Source of the DNA: Haloarculaceae archaeon | GTDB taxonomy: Archaea; Halobacteriota; Halobacteria; Halobacteriales; Haloarculaceae | Length of the DNA stretch: 52,577 bases | Assembly: GCA_042217345.1 (NCBI GenBank) | Contig: JBDGSW010000154.1 | Location: 1-52,577 of the forward strand | Direction: 5' to 3' | Shown: piece after piece, positions 40,294 to 52,577 of the stretch | Position numbering within the stretch: position 1 is the first letter of the stretch | Layout of the letters: every line of letters begins with the position of its first letter | Notes under the pieces: generated by a model | What the model was told of the DNA's origin: nothing | Database searches by the model: none | The model's input: only the letters and a program-made list of their open reading frames with translations | Program-made: the position numbers and the translations under genes

Positions 40294-40920
40294 ATGCCCG
40301 CAGACACTGACACCGGAAATCCCGCACCGCTCGGCCTCGTCGGCTTCGGCCTGACGACGGTCGTACTGAGCACGATCAACGCCGGCTTGCTCCCCTCGGA
40401 GGGCGAGGCCGTCGTCCTGCCGCTGGCGCTGGCGTTCGGCGGCACGATGCAGATCGTCGCCGGCATCCTCGAGTACAAGGAGGGCAACACCTTCGGAACG
40501 GTCGCGTTCAACAGCTACGGCGCTTTCTGGTGGTGGTTCGGCCTGATGTTGATCTTCTCCGGCAACGGGTGGATCAGCCTCGCAGGCGCCGGCACCACCA
40601 TCGGCTTCGCGCTGATCATGTGGGGCGTGTTCACGACCTACATGTGGATCAGCACGTTCCGTCTCAACTGGGCGCTGTGGTCCGTGTTCCTGACGCTGGC
40701 CATCACGTTCTTCCTGCTCGGCTTCGGCGACTACCTCGGCATCGAGTCGCTGGCGCTGGCCGGCGGCTACGTCGGTATCCTGACCGGCCTGCTGGCGATG
40801 TACACCAGCTTCGCCGAAGTCACCAACTGGTCGTTCGACCGCGACGTCCTGCCGATCGGCGGCGCGCCAATCGGCGGCGACGGCGCCGGCGACGACGCCC
40901 GCGTCGAACCCGCGGACTGA
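40294..40920 (+). CDS. satP: Acetate uptake transporter, SatP/GPR1/FUN34/YaaH family
   Basis: Signature NPAPLGL.GF, GG..Q...G, NTFG...F.SYG.FW, six TM segments. Confidence 0.92.
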   Translation: MPADTDTGNPAPLGLVGFGLTTVVLSTINAGLLPSEGEAVVLPLALAFGGTMQIVAGILEYKEGNTFGTVAFNSYGAFWWWFGLMLIFSGNGWISLAGAGTTIGFALIMWGVFTTYMWISTFRLNWALWSVFLTLAITFFLLGFGDYLGIESLALAGGYVGILTGLLAMYTSFAEVTNWSFDRDVLPIGGAPIGGDGAGDDARVEPAD

Positions 40921-41030
40921 TCGACGGACGGCGGCCGACCGCCGGCCGTTCCGAGGTCGGAAAACCTTTTTCGCGCGACTGCGTGTTTCACGTCCATGGA
41001 CCGCGATTCCGTGGACAGGAGTGGTACGTC

Positions 41031-42581
41031 GTGACGATGGAAGAGCGCGTCGCGGAACTCCGCGAGCGCAAGCGGGAGGCGGAACTGGGCGGCGGCGAGG
41101 ACCGCATCGAGGCCCAGCACGACCGGGGGAAGCTCACCGCCCGCGAGCGCATCGAGTACTTCCTCGACGACGACACGTTCCGCGAGATCGACACCCTCCG
41201 CGAGCACCGCTCGACCAACTTCGACATGGCCGACCGCGAGCTGCCGGGCGACGGCGTCGTCACCGGCTACGGCGAGGTCGACGGCCGGAAGGTGTTCGTC
41301 TTCGCCCACGATTTCACCGTCATGGGTGGCTCGCTCGGCGAGGCGTTCGCCCAGAAGGTCTGTAAGGTGATGGACAAGGCCGTCGAGACCGGCTGTCCGA
41401 TCATCGGCCTCAACGACTCGGCGGGCGCGCGCATCCAGGAGGGCATCGACTCGCTGGCCGGCTACGCCGACATCTTCCACCGCAACCAGCTGGCCTCCGG
41501 CGTCGTCCCGCAGATCTCGGCCATCATGGGGCCGTGCGCCGGCGGCGCCGTTTACTCGCCGGCGATCACCGACTTCGTCATGATGGTCCAGGACACCAGC
41601 CACATGTTCATCACCGGCCCGGACGTCATCGAGACCGTCACCGGCGAGGAAGTCGGCTTCGAGGAACTGGGCGGCGCCCAGACCCACGCCGCGACCTCGG
41701 GCGTCTCGCACTTCACGGCCGCCGCCGAGGAGGAGGCCCTGGACGACATCAAGTACCTCCTCTCCTTTCTCCCGCAGAACAACGTCGAGAACCCCCCGCG
41801 GGTCGAGCCCTGGGACGACCCCGAGCGCGAGCCCGACGACCTCCTGGACGTCGTCCCCGACGAGCCCCAGAAGCCCTACGACATGCGCCAGGTGATCGAG
41901 CGCGTCGCCGACGAGAACTCCTTCTTCGAGGTGATGGAGGAGTACGCGCGCAACATCACGATCGGGTTCGCCCGCATGGACGGCCACTCCGTCGGCGTCG
42001 TGGGCAACAACCCCCACGTCAACGCCGGCACGCTCGACATCGACGCCTCGATGAAGGGCGCGCGCTTCGTCCGCTTTTGCGACGCGTTCAACATCCCGAT
42101 CCTCACCTTCGTGGACGTCCCCGGGTTCATGCCCGGCACCGACCAGGAGCACAACGGGATCATCAAGCACGGCGCGAAGCTGCTGTACGCCTACTCCGAG
42201 GCGACGGTGCCGCTGCTGACGGTCATCACCCGGAAGGCCTACGGCGGCGCCTACGACGTCATGGCCTCGAAACACGTCGGCGCGGACATGAACTACGCCT
42301 GGCCCACCGCCGAGATCGCCGTCATGGGGCCGAAGGGCGCGGTGAACGTCCTCTACGACGACGAGCTCGCCGACGCCGAGGACGTCGAGGCCCGGCGCCA
42401 GCAGCTCATCGACGAGTACCGAGACGCCTTCGCCAACCCCTACATCGCCGCCGAGCGCGGGTTCGTCGACGACGTGCTCGAACCCCAGGAAACGCGCGCG
42501 CGGCTCATCTCCGACCTGGAGATGGTCCGCAGCAAGCGCAAGGACCACCCCGACCGCAAACACGGCAACATCCCGCTCTGA
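41031..42581 (+). CDS. pccB: Propionyl/acyl-CoA carboxylase carboxyltransferase subunit
   Basis: [64 protein letters not shown]; start is GTG 41031 or ATG 41037. Confidence 0.95.
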   Translation: MTMEERVAELRERKREAELGGGEDRIEAQHDRGKLTARERIEYFLDDDTFREIDTLREHRSTNFDMADRELPGDGVVTGYGEVDGRKVFVFAHDFTVMGGSLGEAFAQKVCKVMDKAVETGCPIIGLNDSAGARIQEGIDSLAGYADIFHRNQLASGVVPQISAIMGPCAGGAVYSPAITDFVMMVQDTSHMFITGPDVIETVTGEEVGFEELGGAQTHAATSGVSHFTAAAEEEALDDIKYLLSFLPQNNVENPPRVEPWDDPEREPDDLLDVVPDEPQKPYDMRQVIERVADENSFFEVMEEYARNITIGFARMDGHSVGVVGNNPHVNAGTLDIDASMKGARFVRFCDAFNIPILTFVDVPGFMPGTDQEHNGIIKHGAKLLYAYSEATVPLLTVITRKAYGGAYDVMASKHVGADMNYAWPTAEIAVMGPKGAVNVLYDDELADAEDVEARRQQLIDEYRDAFANPYIAAERGFVDDVLEPQETRARLISDLEMVRSKRKDHPDRKHGNIPL

Positions 42582-42582
42582 G

Positions 42583-42885
42583 ATGACCGAGCCCGCACCC
42601 GCCCCGACCGTCGACCCCGACCTGCTCGCCGCCGTCGCCGAGGCGCTGCCCGACGCGGCCGCAGACGAGGCGGCCGCCATCGCGGTGGCGGTCGGCGCGC
42701 ACCTCCGGGATCGCGAACTCGCCGCCGCGGCCGCCGCGGCCGGCGACGGGGATCGCCCGAACTGGCGGGGCGAGCGCTGGGCGTTCGCCGCGCGCCTCAA
42801 GCGCAAGCGCCGCCGGTCGGTGCGCGTCCCCGAGGACGCCCCCGACGACCCCTGGACGACCGCCGGTCGCACCGACTGGATGTAA
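42583..42885 (+). CDS. pccX: Acyl-CoA carboxylase small (epsilon-like) subunit
   Basis: [28 protein letters not shown]; immediately follows pccB. Confidence 0.75.
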   Translation: MTEPAPAPTVDPDLLAAVAEALPDAAADEAAAIAVAVGAHLRDRELAAAAAAAGDGDRPNWRGERWAFAARLKRKRRRSVRVPEDAPDDPWTTAGRTDWM

Positions 42886-43038
42886 CCCCCGCGGCGGTCG
42901 AGTGCCCTCGCGACGGCGGTCCGGGCCGATGCGGCCTGCCGACGAAGGTAGCGGAGAGCGCCGCGGCGGGCGGCGCGCCCAGGGCCCGAACTGCCGCGGT
43001 CGGATACTTTTATGGGGCGACTCGCGGTAAACGCGGGT

Positions 43039-44907
<1,869 letters not shown>

Positions 44908-44986
44908 GCGCGCTGGCGGTCTCGACACTGCCCCCGGATAACGGTCGCTTCGATAACATTATTTCTCCACGCGGCGAGCGCCGTCT

Positions 44987-45796
44987 GTGTCCCCGAAGCC
45001 ACCCTCCCTCACTCGACGTTCGGTGCTGCGAACTGGGACCGGCGTCGCCGTTACCGGCGGCGCCGTCTGGTACGCGACGCGTGACGCCGTCAGGACCCGA
45101 TACGGAGCGAGCGGCACCGACTCGCTGTCGCGGACGACCGCGCTCACTGCGACAGCGTTTCGCGAGTACGCGGCTGCGACGCGCGACATACACGGGCCGT
45201 ACGGCGTGTTCGGCCGGTCAGATCCGCCCGCCCTCGATCCGGTCGAGGCGTGGCGGGAGCGCGACCGCCGGCCGCTGGCTGACAGCACCTACGACGGGCG
45301 CGTGCACGCCGACTTCGCCGTCGCGACGTACCAGACCGGTGACGATCGGTTCGTGCACCTGACGTGGGGCGCTCTCGGCCTGGACGACGTGACGGCCACG
45401 GACGATCTGTGGGGGCTGGTCGAGACGCCCATGCACCTGACGCGGGTCGGCGTCGGGGTCGACCTCGACCGCGGGTGGGTGCGGACCGCGTCGCTCCCGG
45501 AGCGCGACGGCGACGCGGCGGTCGTCTCGCTACCGGGCGGTGCGTCGATCCGCTATCCGCTGGCGCCGCCGAGTCGGGAGGGGTCCGCGAGCGATTCGCA
45601 CCTCTCCGACCGTGCCGAGTTCATGGCGAGAGCCCGAACGAGCGAAACGGAGGGCGGGAGCGCGTACGCGAGCTGGATCGGCTTCGGGCCGGACCGGCTG
45701 GCGGTCGCGGGCTCGTTCGTCACCGACCGCCGGCTGCCGGCACTGACCGACGGCTGGGAGTGGGGGTACGGCATCGGAACGAAGGGGCTGCTCTAA
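44987..45796 (+). CDS. Hypothetical Tat-signal protein
   Basis: LTRRSVL twin-arginine motif followed by a hydrophobic stretch; fills the pccA-birA gap. Confidence 0.55.
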   Translation: MSPKPPSLTRRSVLRTGTGVAVTGGAVWYATRDAVRTRYGASGTDSLSRTTALTATAFREYAAATRDIHGPYGVFGRSDPPALDPVEAWRERDRRPLADSTYDGRVHADFAVATYQTGDDRFVHLTWGALGLDDVTATDDLWGLVETPMHLTRVGVGVDLDRGWVRTASLPERDGDAAVVSLPGGASIRYPLAPPSREGSASDSHLSDRAEFMARARTSETEGGSAYASWIGFGPDRLAVAGSFVTDRRLPALTDGWEWGYGIGTKGLL

Positions 45797-46012
45797 GCGC
45801 CGGTCGGGGCCGCGACACCGGCCGCTCACGCGCGGCGTTCGACCACCCGGCCGCTGACGATTGTCGCGAACCTCGCCGACGTCGGTCTCGCTGCCTTCCG
45901 GTCGATCCTCGAGGTAGCGCCTGGACCCGATCCACCCGCAGGCGGCGGGAGCGTCGGTGCTCGTCCGGGAGATGGCGCACGACTTACGGCCCCACCCGTC
46001 GAAACCGATGGC

Positions 46013-46933
46013 ATGCAGGAGACGCGACGGCGGGTCCTCGCGGCGATCCGTGAGGGCCCCGTCCCCGGGCCGCGGCTGGCCGACGACCTCGGCGTCTCGC
46101 GGGCGGCCGTCTGGAAGCACGTCGAGGCGCTGCGCGAGGCCGGCTTCGGGATCGACAGCACCGACGGCGGGTACGCGCTGGTCGCCGTCCCGGAGTTCGG
46201 CGGCGCCGCGGTCGAGTTCGGCCTGGACGCGCCGTTCGAGGTGGAGTACCACGACTCGATCCCGAGCACGAACACGCGAGCGCGGGAGCTCGCCGCTGGG
46301 GGCGCGACCGACGTCGTCGTCCTCGCCGACGAGCAGACCGGCGGGCGGGGCCGACTGAATCGGGAGTGGGTCGCCCCGAGCGGCGGCGTCTGGCTGTCGA
46401 TCGTCCTCCGGCCCGACCGCCCGCCGGCCCAGGCGCCGATCTACACGCTCGCAGCCGCCGTCGCGACGACTCGCGCCGCGCGGGAGGCGGGCGTCGACGC
46501 GTCGATCAAGTGGCCCAACGACGTCCTCGTGGGCGACCGCAAGCTCGCCGGCATCCTCACGGAGATGGAGGGCGAGGCCGACCGCGTCGCGTGGCTCGTC
46601 GTCGGCATCGGCGTCAACGCGAACGTCGATCCCGGGCAGCTGGTCGACGGCGCCACCAGCATTCGCGCCGAGGCCGGCGACGTCGACCGCCGGGCGTTCA
46701 CCCAGCGCCTACTCGAGGAGTTCAACGCCCTCCGGGCCGACCCAGAAGCGGTCCTGCCGGCCTGGCGCGAGTACGCCGCGACGCTCGGCCGGCGCGTGCG
46801 CGTGGACACCGCTCGTAGGGAGGTCGTCGGCGAGGCCGTCGACGTCGAGTTCCCGGGGACGCTCGTCGTCGAGACCGACGACGGACCGGTCCGCGTGAGC
46901 GCCGGCGACTGCGAGCACCTGCGGCCGGCCTGA
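46013..46933 (+). CDS. birA: Bifunctional biotin-protein ligase / HTH repressor
   Basis: HTH LGVSRAAVWKHVE.LR, STN, QTGGRGR, KWPND, KLAGIL, GIGVN. Confidence 0.95.
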   Translation: MQETRRRVLAAIREGPVPGPRLADDLGVSRAAVWKHVEALREAGFGIDSTDGGYALVAVPEFGGAAVEFGLDAPFEVEYHDSIPSTNTRARELAAGGATDVVVLADEQTGGRGRLNREWVAPSGGVWLSIVLRPDRPPAQAPIYTLAAAVATTRAAREAGVDASIKWPNDVLVGDRKLAGILTEMEGEADRVAWLVVGIGVNANVDPGQLVDGATSIRAEAGDVDRRAFTQRLLEEFNALRADPEAVLPAWREYAATLGRRVRVDTARREVVGEAVDVEFPGTLVVETDDGPVRVSAGDCEHLRPA

Positions 46934-46934
46934 C

Positions 46935-47441
46935 TCACTCGGCGCCGGGTTCGGGCGTCGCCTCCGGGCCGGTCGCGTCTTCGGCGGGATCGCGAACGCC
47001 GTCGCCGTCACCGGGATGCACGCGCACGGTCATGACCGGGACGTCCGAGGTCCGGACGACCCGCTCGGCCACGCTGCCGATGAGCAGGCGATCGATGCCG
47101 CCCCGGCCGTGCGTGCCCATCACGACGAGGTCACAGTCCTGTTCTCGGGCGTAGCTGACGATGTCGCGGCTGGGCGAGCCGTCGACGGTGGCCGTCTCGA
47201 CGGGCGCGCGTTCGCCGACGACTCGTTCGACCGCAGCGAGCGCGGTCTCGCCCTCCTCGCGGAGCATCCCCGCGATGCCGTCCCAGGCCGTCTCCATCGG
47301 GAGGCTGGCGTAGCTCCCCGAATCGACGACGTACAGCGCGTGGATGAGCGCGTCGTGTGCCGCCGCCAGATCGGCCGCGTGGTCGATCACGCGTCGCATG
47401 CCGGCCGAGCCGTCCGTCGGCAGCAGTATGCGCTCGTACAT
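46935..47441 (-). CDS. Universal stress protein
   Basis: ILLPTDGS, LVVMGTHGRGG...LIGSVAERVVR. Confidence 0.93.
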   Translation of the reverse strand: MYERILLPTDGSAGMRRVIDHAADLAAAHDALIHALYVVDSGSYASLPMETAWDGIAGMLREEGETALAAVERVVGERAPVETATVDGSPSRDIVSYAREQDCDLVVMGTHGRGGIDRLLIGSVAERVVRTSDVPVMTVRVHPGDGDGVRDPAEDATGPEATPEPGAE

Positions 47442-47516
47442 CGGTATCACCTAGCACGGTTGTGGCGGGCGCGCTTAAACTTTGCCCGCCGTCGCGGGCC
47501 GCGTCGCACCCGCCCG

Positions 47517-48542
47517 TCAGTCCGCGGTTTCGAGGTGGACCGACGCGACGTCGGCGACGCCTGCGCGGCGCACGACGGCGCGGACGAGGTTCTTCGCGCC
47601 GGCCAGATTGTCGGAGTCGCCGTCGAGGACGAGCAGTCGGGCGTCCCGGCCGGGCTCGATCACGCCGCAGTTCAGGTCGGCGATCTCGGCGCCGTTGTAG
47701 GTCGCCATCGCCAGCACGTCGCGGGCCGGCACGTCGGCGAGCTTGGCGGTGAACTCCATCTCGCGGAACATCGACGGGCTGTTGAGCATGACGTTGTCCG
47801 TCCCCAGCGCGACCGTCGTGTGCGCGGCGAGCTCGGCGACGTCGGGGACACCCACGTTCGTCACGAGGTTCGAGCGCGGGCAGACGACGATCGGGACGTC
47901 CTTGTCGGCGACGCGTTCGAGGTGCAGCGGCTCGGTGTGGACCATGTGGACCAGGAAGTCCGGGTCCAGGTCCAGCGCGGGGTTGACGTCTGCGGCGTCG
48001 CGCTCGCCGGCGTGGATGCCGAACAGCTTCTCGGCCTTCCGGGTGGCGGTGCGCTCGGCGCCGAACTCGCCGTCGCGGGCGCCGCTGGCGCCGAAGCCGT
48101 CGGCCGCGTGCATCGCGTCGATCGTCTCCCGGCCCAGCACCACCGGGTCGATCTCGAGGTCGGCGGCCGCCTCGCGGATGGCCGCCACGCCGGGGACGCC
48201 GCCCTCGCGGAACTCGATGCAGGCTGCGGTGCCGCTCTCCTGCATAAACCGCAGCGAGCGGTGCATGGCGGCAATCTTCTCCTCGTCGCTGGCCTGGCGG
48301 AGCAGGCGGTGTTTCAGCCCGTCCGGCGGCGCGACGAGTTCGTCCAGCGAGAGCCCCTCGCCGGCCTCCTTGGCGATGGAGTCGCCGATGTGGGTGTGAG
48401 CGTTGACGAACGCCGGGACGATCACGTCGTCGCTGTCGACCGATTCCTCCTCGATGGCCTGGATCTCGCCGTCCTCGACCACGACGCGGCCTTCGACGGG
48501 CTCGAAGTCCCGCCCCGCGAGGATCGTGCCTTCGAGGGTCAT
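47517..48542 (-). CDS. Amidohydrolase family protein (nucleoside deaminase-like)
   Basis: PAFVNAHTHIGD, IHAGE, VHMVH, CPRSN, LGTDN; start overlaps the HD gene stop. Confidence 0.88.
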   Translation of the reverse strand: MTLEGTILAGRDFEPVEGRVVVEDGEIQAIEEESVDSDDVIVPAFVNAHTHIGDSIAKEAGEGLSLDELVAPPDGLKHRLLRQASDEEKIAAMHRSLRFMQESGTAACIEFREGGVPGVAAIREAAADLEIDPVVLGRETIDAMHAADGFGASGARDGEFGAERTATRKAEKLFGIHAGERDAADVNPALDLDPDFLVHMVHTEPLHLERVADKDVPIVVCPRSNLVTNVGVPDVAELAAHTTVALGTDNVMLNSPSMFREMEFTAKLADVPARDVLAMATYNGAEIADLNCGVIEPGRDARLLVLDGDSDNLAGAKNLVRAVVRRAGVADVASVHLETAD

Positions 48543-49771
48543 GGTTCCTCCCGGAAGTCGTCGAGCGTGGCGTGGACGCCGGGGCGGGCGTCGCTGACGA
48601 GCGTGCCGCCCAGATCGAGCCCGAGGACGCGCGTTGCGGCGTGACCGACGCGCTCGGCCACGGCTTCGGGCGCGTAGACGCCGATCCGCCACTGGTCGCG
48701 CTGGACCGCCCGCAGCGCGCTGACGAGCGTCGACTGATCACCCAGCGGGCGGACCTCGCCGTTGACGACGACGCGACTGGTCGACTCGGCCATCGTCGGC
48801 TTGCTGGGTACGTCGAGGATGACCGCGCTTGGGTCGACCTCGGCCTCGTCGGCGATGGCGCGCTCGTCGGCCCGGACCTCGTCGTGGCTGCGCTCGAACA
48901 GCGCGTCGGGGACGTCGGGCATCTCCGCCCAGACGCCGCGCTTGTAGAGATCGCGCGCGGAGAGGCGCCGGGCCGTCTCGGCCGTGGCGTCGCAGTCGCG
49001 CAACGCGACCACCAGATCGTGGTCGTCCATCCGGCGCAGTTGCTGGCCGGTCACGGACGACTCCTCGAGCAGGCGTTCGGCCGCCCGCCGGAGCATGGAC
49101 TTCGAGATGCGCGCCGTGTGGTGGTTGTAGACCGTCGGCGTCATCAGCGCGCGGGCGACCAGCAGGCTTTCGGCGGTCTGGACGTTGCCTTCCGCGAGGA
49201 CGAGTTCGTCGTCGACGAACGACAGCTCGCGGACGAGGCGCTCGGTGTCGATGGTCCCGTAGGGAACGCCCGTGTGGTGGGCGTCGCGGACGAGGTAGTC
49301 CATCCGGTCGACGTCGAGCTCGCCGGAGACGAGCTGGCCGAGCTTGCCGTCGCCGGCGACGAGGTCCGCGACGGCGTGGGCGTTCAGGCCGTGATCGGTC
49401 AGTACGCGCGCGACCTCGCCCGTCTCGAGCAGGCCGTGGACGTCGTCGTGCCACTTGCCCGTGCGGCGGTGGATCAGGTCCTCGAGGTTGTGGCTGAACG
49501 GGCCGTGACCGACGTCGTGCAGCAGCGCCGCGGCGCGGACGCGCTCGGCCTGCTGGCCCTCGATCCCCAGGTGGGCGAGCGCCTCGGTTGCCAGGTGATA
49601 GACGCCGAGGCTGTGCTCGAATCGCGTGTGGTTCGCGGAGGGATAGACGAGCGTGACGGTCCCCAGCTGGCGGACGTGCCGGAGCCGCTGGACAGTCGGG
49701 GTGTCGAGTAAGTCCCTGGCGACGCCCGACACCTCGATGTAGTCGTGCACACTGTCCTTGATGCTCTTCAT
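48539..49771 (-). CDS. HD-domain phosphohydrolase (dNTPase/SAMHD1-like)
   Basis: QRLR...QLG, HTRFEHSLG, LLHDVGHGPFSH, LDVDRMDYLVRD. Confidence 0.92.
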   Translation of the reverse strand: MKSIKDSVHDYIEVSGVARDLLDTPTVQRLRHVRQLGTVTLVYPSANHTRFEHSLGVYHLATEALAHLGIEGQQAERVRAAALLHDVGHGPFSHNLEDLIHRRTGKWHDDVHGLLETGEVARVLTDHGLNAHAVADLVAGDGKLGQLVSGELDVDRMDYLVRDAHHTGVPYGTIDTERLVRELSFVDDELVLAEGNVQTAESLLVARALMTPTVYNHHTARISKSMLRRAAERLLEESSVTGQQLRRMDDHDLVVALRDCDATAETARRLSARDLYKRGVWAEMPDVPDALFERSHDEVRADERAIADEAEVDPSAVILDVPSKPTMAESTSRVVVNGEVRPLGDQSTLVSALRAVQRDQWRIGVYAPEAVAERVGHAATRVLGLDLGGTLVSDARPGVHATLDDFREEP

Positions 49772-49860
49772 CGATCCGGGGTACACAGCCCTGGGATAAA
49801 AGGGCCCGCACCTGGGCCGGAAGTCAGTCGATTCAAGGGCCCCCGTCGCCAGCCGACCGC

Positions 49861-50661
49861 ATGCGCAACCGCATGCTGTTCGGGATCGCGCTGGTCGCCC
49901 TCGTCGGGCTGGCGGGCTGTAACGGCCTGCTCGGCGGGAGCGGCCAGAGCGCGAGCGACGGCGGCCCCGCCGTCGGCCCGGACAACGCGACGGCGATGAT
50001 GGACGCCCACCAGGCCGCCCTCGAGGACGCCGGCCGGTTCCACTACGTCCGGAACTCGACGCTCACGCCGCTGGACGGCGGCCAGCTCCGCAACTACGCC
50101 AACGTCTCCGCTACCGTCGACCTCGGTTCCGGGGCCTATCGCAACCACCAGTCCGTGTCGCTGCAGCCCCAGGTCGACGTCTACGCGACGGGCAACGGCT
50201 CGGCCTACGCGCGGCTGGCCGTCGGCAACGGCTCCCGATTCGCCGAGCTCGGCCCCGAGAGCGTCAACGCCACCCGGTACGCGCGCCCCCCGATCGCCAG
50301 TTTCGTGCGCGCGATGAACTTCACCGACGAGGGAACCAGCACCGTCGACGGCCGGACAGTCCACACCTACTCGGTGGACGGCGCCGACCAGCTCGACCCG
50401 GCCGTGGGGAACCTCACCGGGGTCGCCCCCGAGAACGCCTCCGCGGTCAGCGGCTGCCTGCGACTCGCAGACGGCGGCGTCGTTCGGTCGTTCGACTACC
50501 ACGTCACCGGAGACAGTTCCCGCGGCCAGCGGATCCGGTACGACCTGTCGATCCGCTACAGCGAGGTCGGCGCTGCGCAGGTGTCGCCGCCGTCCTGGCT
50601 GCCGGCCGCCCGCCAATCCACCGCCGCACGGGGGAACGCCACCGCGTCGGGCGGGGCCTGA
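49861..50661 (+). CDS. Secreted lipoprotein/glycoprotein, hypothetical
   Basis: Signal peptide with LAGC lipobox; many N-x-S/T sequons. Confidence 0.75.
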   Translation: MRNRMLFGIALVALVGLAGCNGLLGGSGQSASDGGPAVGPDNATAMMDAHQAALEDAGRFHYVRNSTLTPLDGGQLRNYANVSATVDLGSGAYRNHQSVSLQPQVDVYATGNGSAYARLAVGNGSRFAELGPESVNATRYARPPIASFVRAMNFTDEGTSTVDGRTVHTYSVDGADQLDPAVGNLTGVAPENASAVSGCLRLADGGVVRSFDYHVTGDSSRGQRIRYDLSIRYSEVGAAQVSPPSWLPAARQSTAARGNATASGGA

Positions 50662-50726
50662 CCGGGCTCGCGGCGTCGACTGCCAGCGACGAAAGCGTTT
50701 ACCCCTGGGCTTCCCCACGGCTGGGT

Positions 50727-51719
50727 ATGGTCACTTTCCTCTCCGGCGGGACGGGCACGCCCAAGCTCCTCCGGGGCGCCGACGCCGCCTTCGACCCGGC
50801 CGACGTGACGGTCGTCGGCAACACCGGCGACGACGTCGAGCTCGGGGGCTTTCTCGTCTGCCCGGACGTCGACACCGTGCTCTTTCTCGGCGGCGACGTC
50901 CTCGATCGCGACACCTGGTGGGGCATCGCCGACGACTCGACGGCCACCCACGAGGAACTGCTGCGCCTGGCCGACGCCGCTGGCCTCGATGACGGGCCGC
51001 GCTACCTCCCGCCCGAGCGCCAGACCGAGGGCCGACGCCTGGCACGGTGGCGCCGCTTCTCCGGCGTCGCCGAGTTCATGCTGATCGGCGACCGCGACCG
51101 CGCCGTCCACCTCACCCGGACGGGCCTGCTCGACGAGGGTCACACGCTCACCGAGGTCACCCGGATCCTCGCCGACGCCTTCGACCTGCCGTGGGACCTC
51201 GTGCCGATGAGCGACGACCCGGTGGCGAGCATCGTCCACACCCCCGACGGCCAGATGCACTTCCAGGAGTTCTGGGTGGGCCGGGGCGGCGAGCCGGCCG
51301 TCGAGGACGTCGAATTCCGCGGCGCCGCGGACGCGACCGCCACCGACGCCGTCCTCACGGCGCTGTCGGATCCGGTCGTGATCGGCCCCTCGAACCCCGT
51401 CACGAGCATCGGTCCGCTGCTGGCCGTCGACGGCATCGAGGACGCCCTCGCCGAGACGCCCGTCGTTGCCGTCTCGCCGTTCGTCGAGGACGAGGTGTTC
51501 TCCGGGCCGGCTGCCGACCTGATGGCAGCGGTCGGGTACGAGCCCTCGACCGCGGGCGTGGCCGACGCCTACGAGTTCGCCGACGCGTTCGTCCTCGATT
51601 CGGCCGACGGGACCGACCTCGACCGGCCGGTCGTCCGCACCGACACGACGCTCGACACGACCGCCGACGCCGAGCGGGTCGCCCGCGCGACCGCCGAGGC
51701 CCTGGAGGCCGTCCGATGA
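50727..51719 (+). CDS. cofD: 2-phospho-L-lactate transferase (F420 biosynthesis)
   Basis: [44 protein letters not shown]. Confidence 0.95.
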   Translation: MVTFLSGGTGTPKLLRGADAAFDPADVTVVGNTGDDVELGGFLVCPDVDTVLFLGGDVLDRDTWWGIADDSTATHEELLRLADAAGLDDGPRYLPPERQTEGRRLARWRRFSGVAEFMLIGDRDRAVHLTRTGLLDEGHTLTEVTRILADAFDLPWDLVPMSDDPVASIVHTPDGQMHFQEFWVGRGGEPAVEDVEFRGAADATATDAVLTALSDPVVIGPSNPVTSIGPLLAVDGIEDALAETPVVAVSPFVEDEVFSGPAADLMAAVGYEPSTAGVADAYEFADAFVLDSADGTDLDRPVVRTDTTLDTTADAERVARATAEALEAVR

Positions 51720-52474
51720 GCCTGGACTTTCGCCCCCGCGTCGCCCTCTCGAGTCTCAGCGGCGAGTCCGACGCCGAGTGGGCCCGCCAGGGGAGTGCGT
51801 ACGCTGGCGCCGCGTTCCTCGGCGGGATCGCGATCGACGGGCCGACCCGCGAGGCCGCCCGCGCGATCGTCGAACGGGATCGCACCGAGTTCCTCCCCGG
51901 CGATCCCGTGGCGTTCGTCGACGACCAGCTCGCCTCCCTGGCAGACGCGCCGCTGCTCCCGGGCGTCAACGTCCGGACGACGAGCGTCGCGCCCCTCAGA
52001 GAGGTCGCCGCCGTCTGTCGCGACCGGGGTGCCGTCCTGGAGGTCAACGCGCACTGCCGCCAGGACGAGCTGTGCGCCGCGGGCGCCGGCGAGACGCTCC
52101 TGGCCGACGGCGACCGCCTCTGTGAGTACGTCCGAGCGGCGTCGGCGACCGGCGCGACCGTTAGCGTGAAGGTGCGGGCGGCGGTCGGCGGCGTCGACCT
52201 GCCGTCGCTAGCCGAGCGACTGGCCGACGCCGGTGCGGACGCGATCCACGTCGATGCGATGGACAGCGAACCGGTCGTGGCCGACGTCGTCGATTCCGCG
52301 CCCGAACTGTTCGTGATCGCCAACAACGAGGTGCGCGACCGCGAGTCAGTCCGGGAGTATCTGGGGTACGGTGCCGACGCGGTGAGCGTCGGCCGGCCGA
52401 GCACGGATCCGCGCGTTCTCGAACGAGTTCGCGACGCGACCCGTGAGTGGTTTGGTGCGGAGGTCGGACCGTGA
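51716..52474 (+). CDS. tRNA-dihydrouridine synthase-like TIM-barrel flavoprotein (archaeal NifR3-related)
   Basis: [35 protein letters not shown]; ATGA overlap with cofD. Confidence 0.85.
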   Translation: MSLDFRPRVALSSLSGESDAEWARQGSAYAGAAFLGGIAIDGPTREAARAIVERDRTEFLPGDPVAFVDDQLASLADAPLLPGVNVRTTSVAPLREVAAVCRDRGAVLEVNAHCRQDELCAAGAGETLLADGDRLCEYVRAASATGATVSVKVRAAVGGVDLPSLAERLADAGADAIHVDAMDSEPVVADVVDSAPELFVIANNEVRDRESVREYLGYGADAVSVGRPSTDPRVLERVRDATREWFGAEVGP

Positions 52475-52577
52475 GCAGCGAGGACGACCGCAGGGAGTCC
52501 TCGGAGAAGGCGAGCGGGGAGGGACGACCCGCGAGCAGCGAGGACGACCGCAGGGAGTCCTCGGAGAAGGCGAGCGG
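52471..52577 (+). CDS. Possible start of the next gene, 3'-truncated ([35 protein letters not shown]...)
   Basis: GTGA overlap with the Dus-like stop, GGAGGT Shine-Dalgarno upstream, frame open to the window end. Confidence 0.45.
   Translation, partial: MSSEDDRRESSEKASGEGRPASSEDDRRESSEKAS
52473..52577. repeat. Tandem repeat, 60-bp period, built from palindromic (REP-like) units
   Basis: 52473-52517 is identical to 52533-52577; internal stems CGAGGAC/GTCCTCG and GCGGG/CCCGC; truncated by the window end. Confidence 0.85.

Noticed and set aside
52473-52577. Possible CRISPR array at the right edge
   Set aside because: The sequence between the palindromes is itself repeated rather than being unique spacers, there is no AT-rich leader, and no cas genes are present.

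Overview
Very GC-rich DNA encoding acidic proteins, typical of a haloarchaeal (Halobacteria) chromosome. It is mostly core genome, with about 46 credible CDS; I found no rRNA, tRNA, CRISPR array or IS element. In order: trxB (partial), an ABC exporter, riboflavin-pathway reductase, bactofilin-like membrane protein, an RPA / RPA-associated protein / phosphoesterase / Lhr helicase cluster, Hsp20, macrodomain, alpha/beta hydrolase, aldo-keto reductase, an ABC system with a PrsW-protease-fused permease, a small Zn-finger protein, PAS histidine kinase, sucCD, tfb, a kinase-like protein plus 7TM protein, GDPD, SDR, SNF transporter, UDG-like protein, an acetate/propionate assimilation cluster (acs-like, regulator, acs, SatP, pccB, pccX, pccA, birA), Usp, amidohydrolase, HD protein, cofD and a Dus-like protein. 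The most striking item is a Bat/HTH-10 regulator whose N-terminus is a tyrosine-recombinase catalytic domain. It lies between two directly repeated acs paralogues, the upstream one with a degenerate ATP-binding loop. Also notable: a candidate ~55-nt hairpin/C-rich small RNA, a pseudokinase-7TM pair and a palindromic tandem repeat at the right edge. All calls come from reading motifs by eye; no database searches were run.
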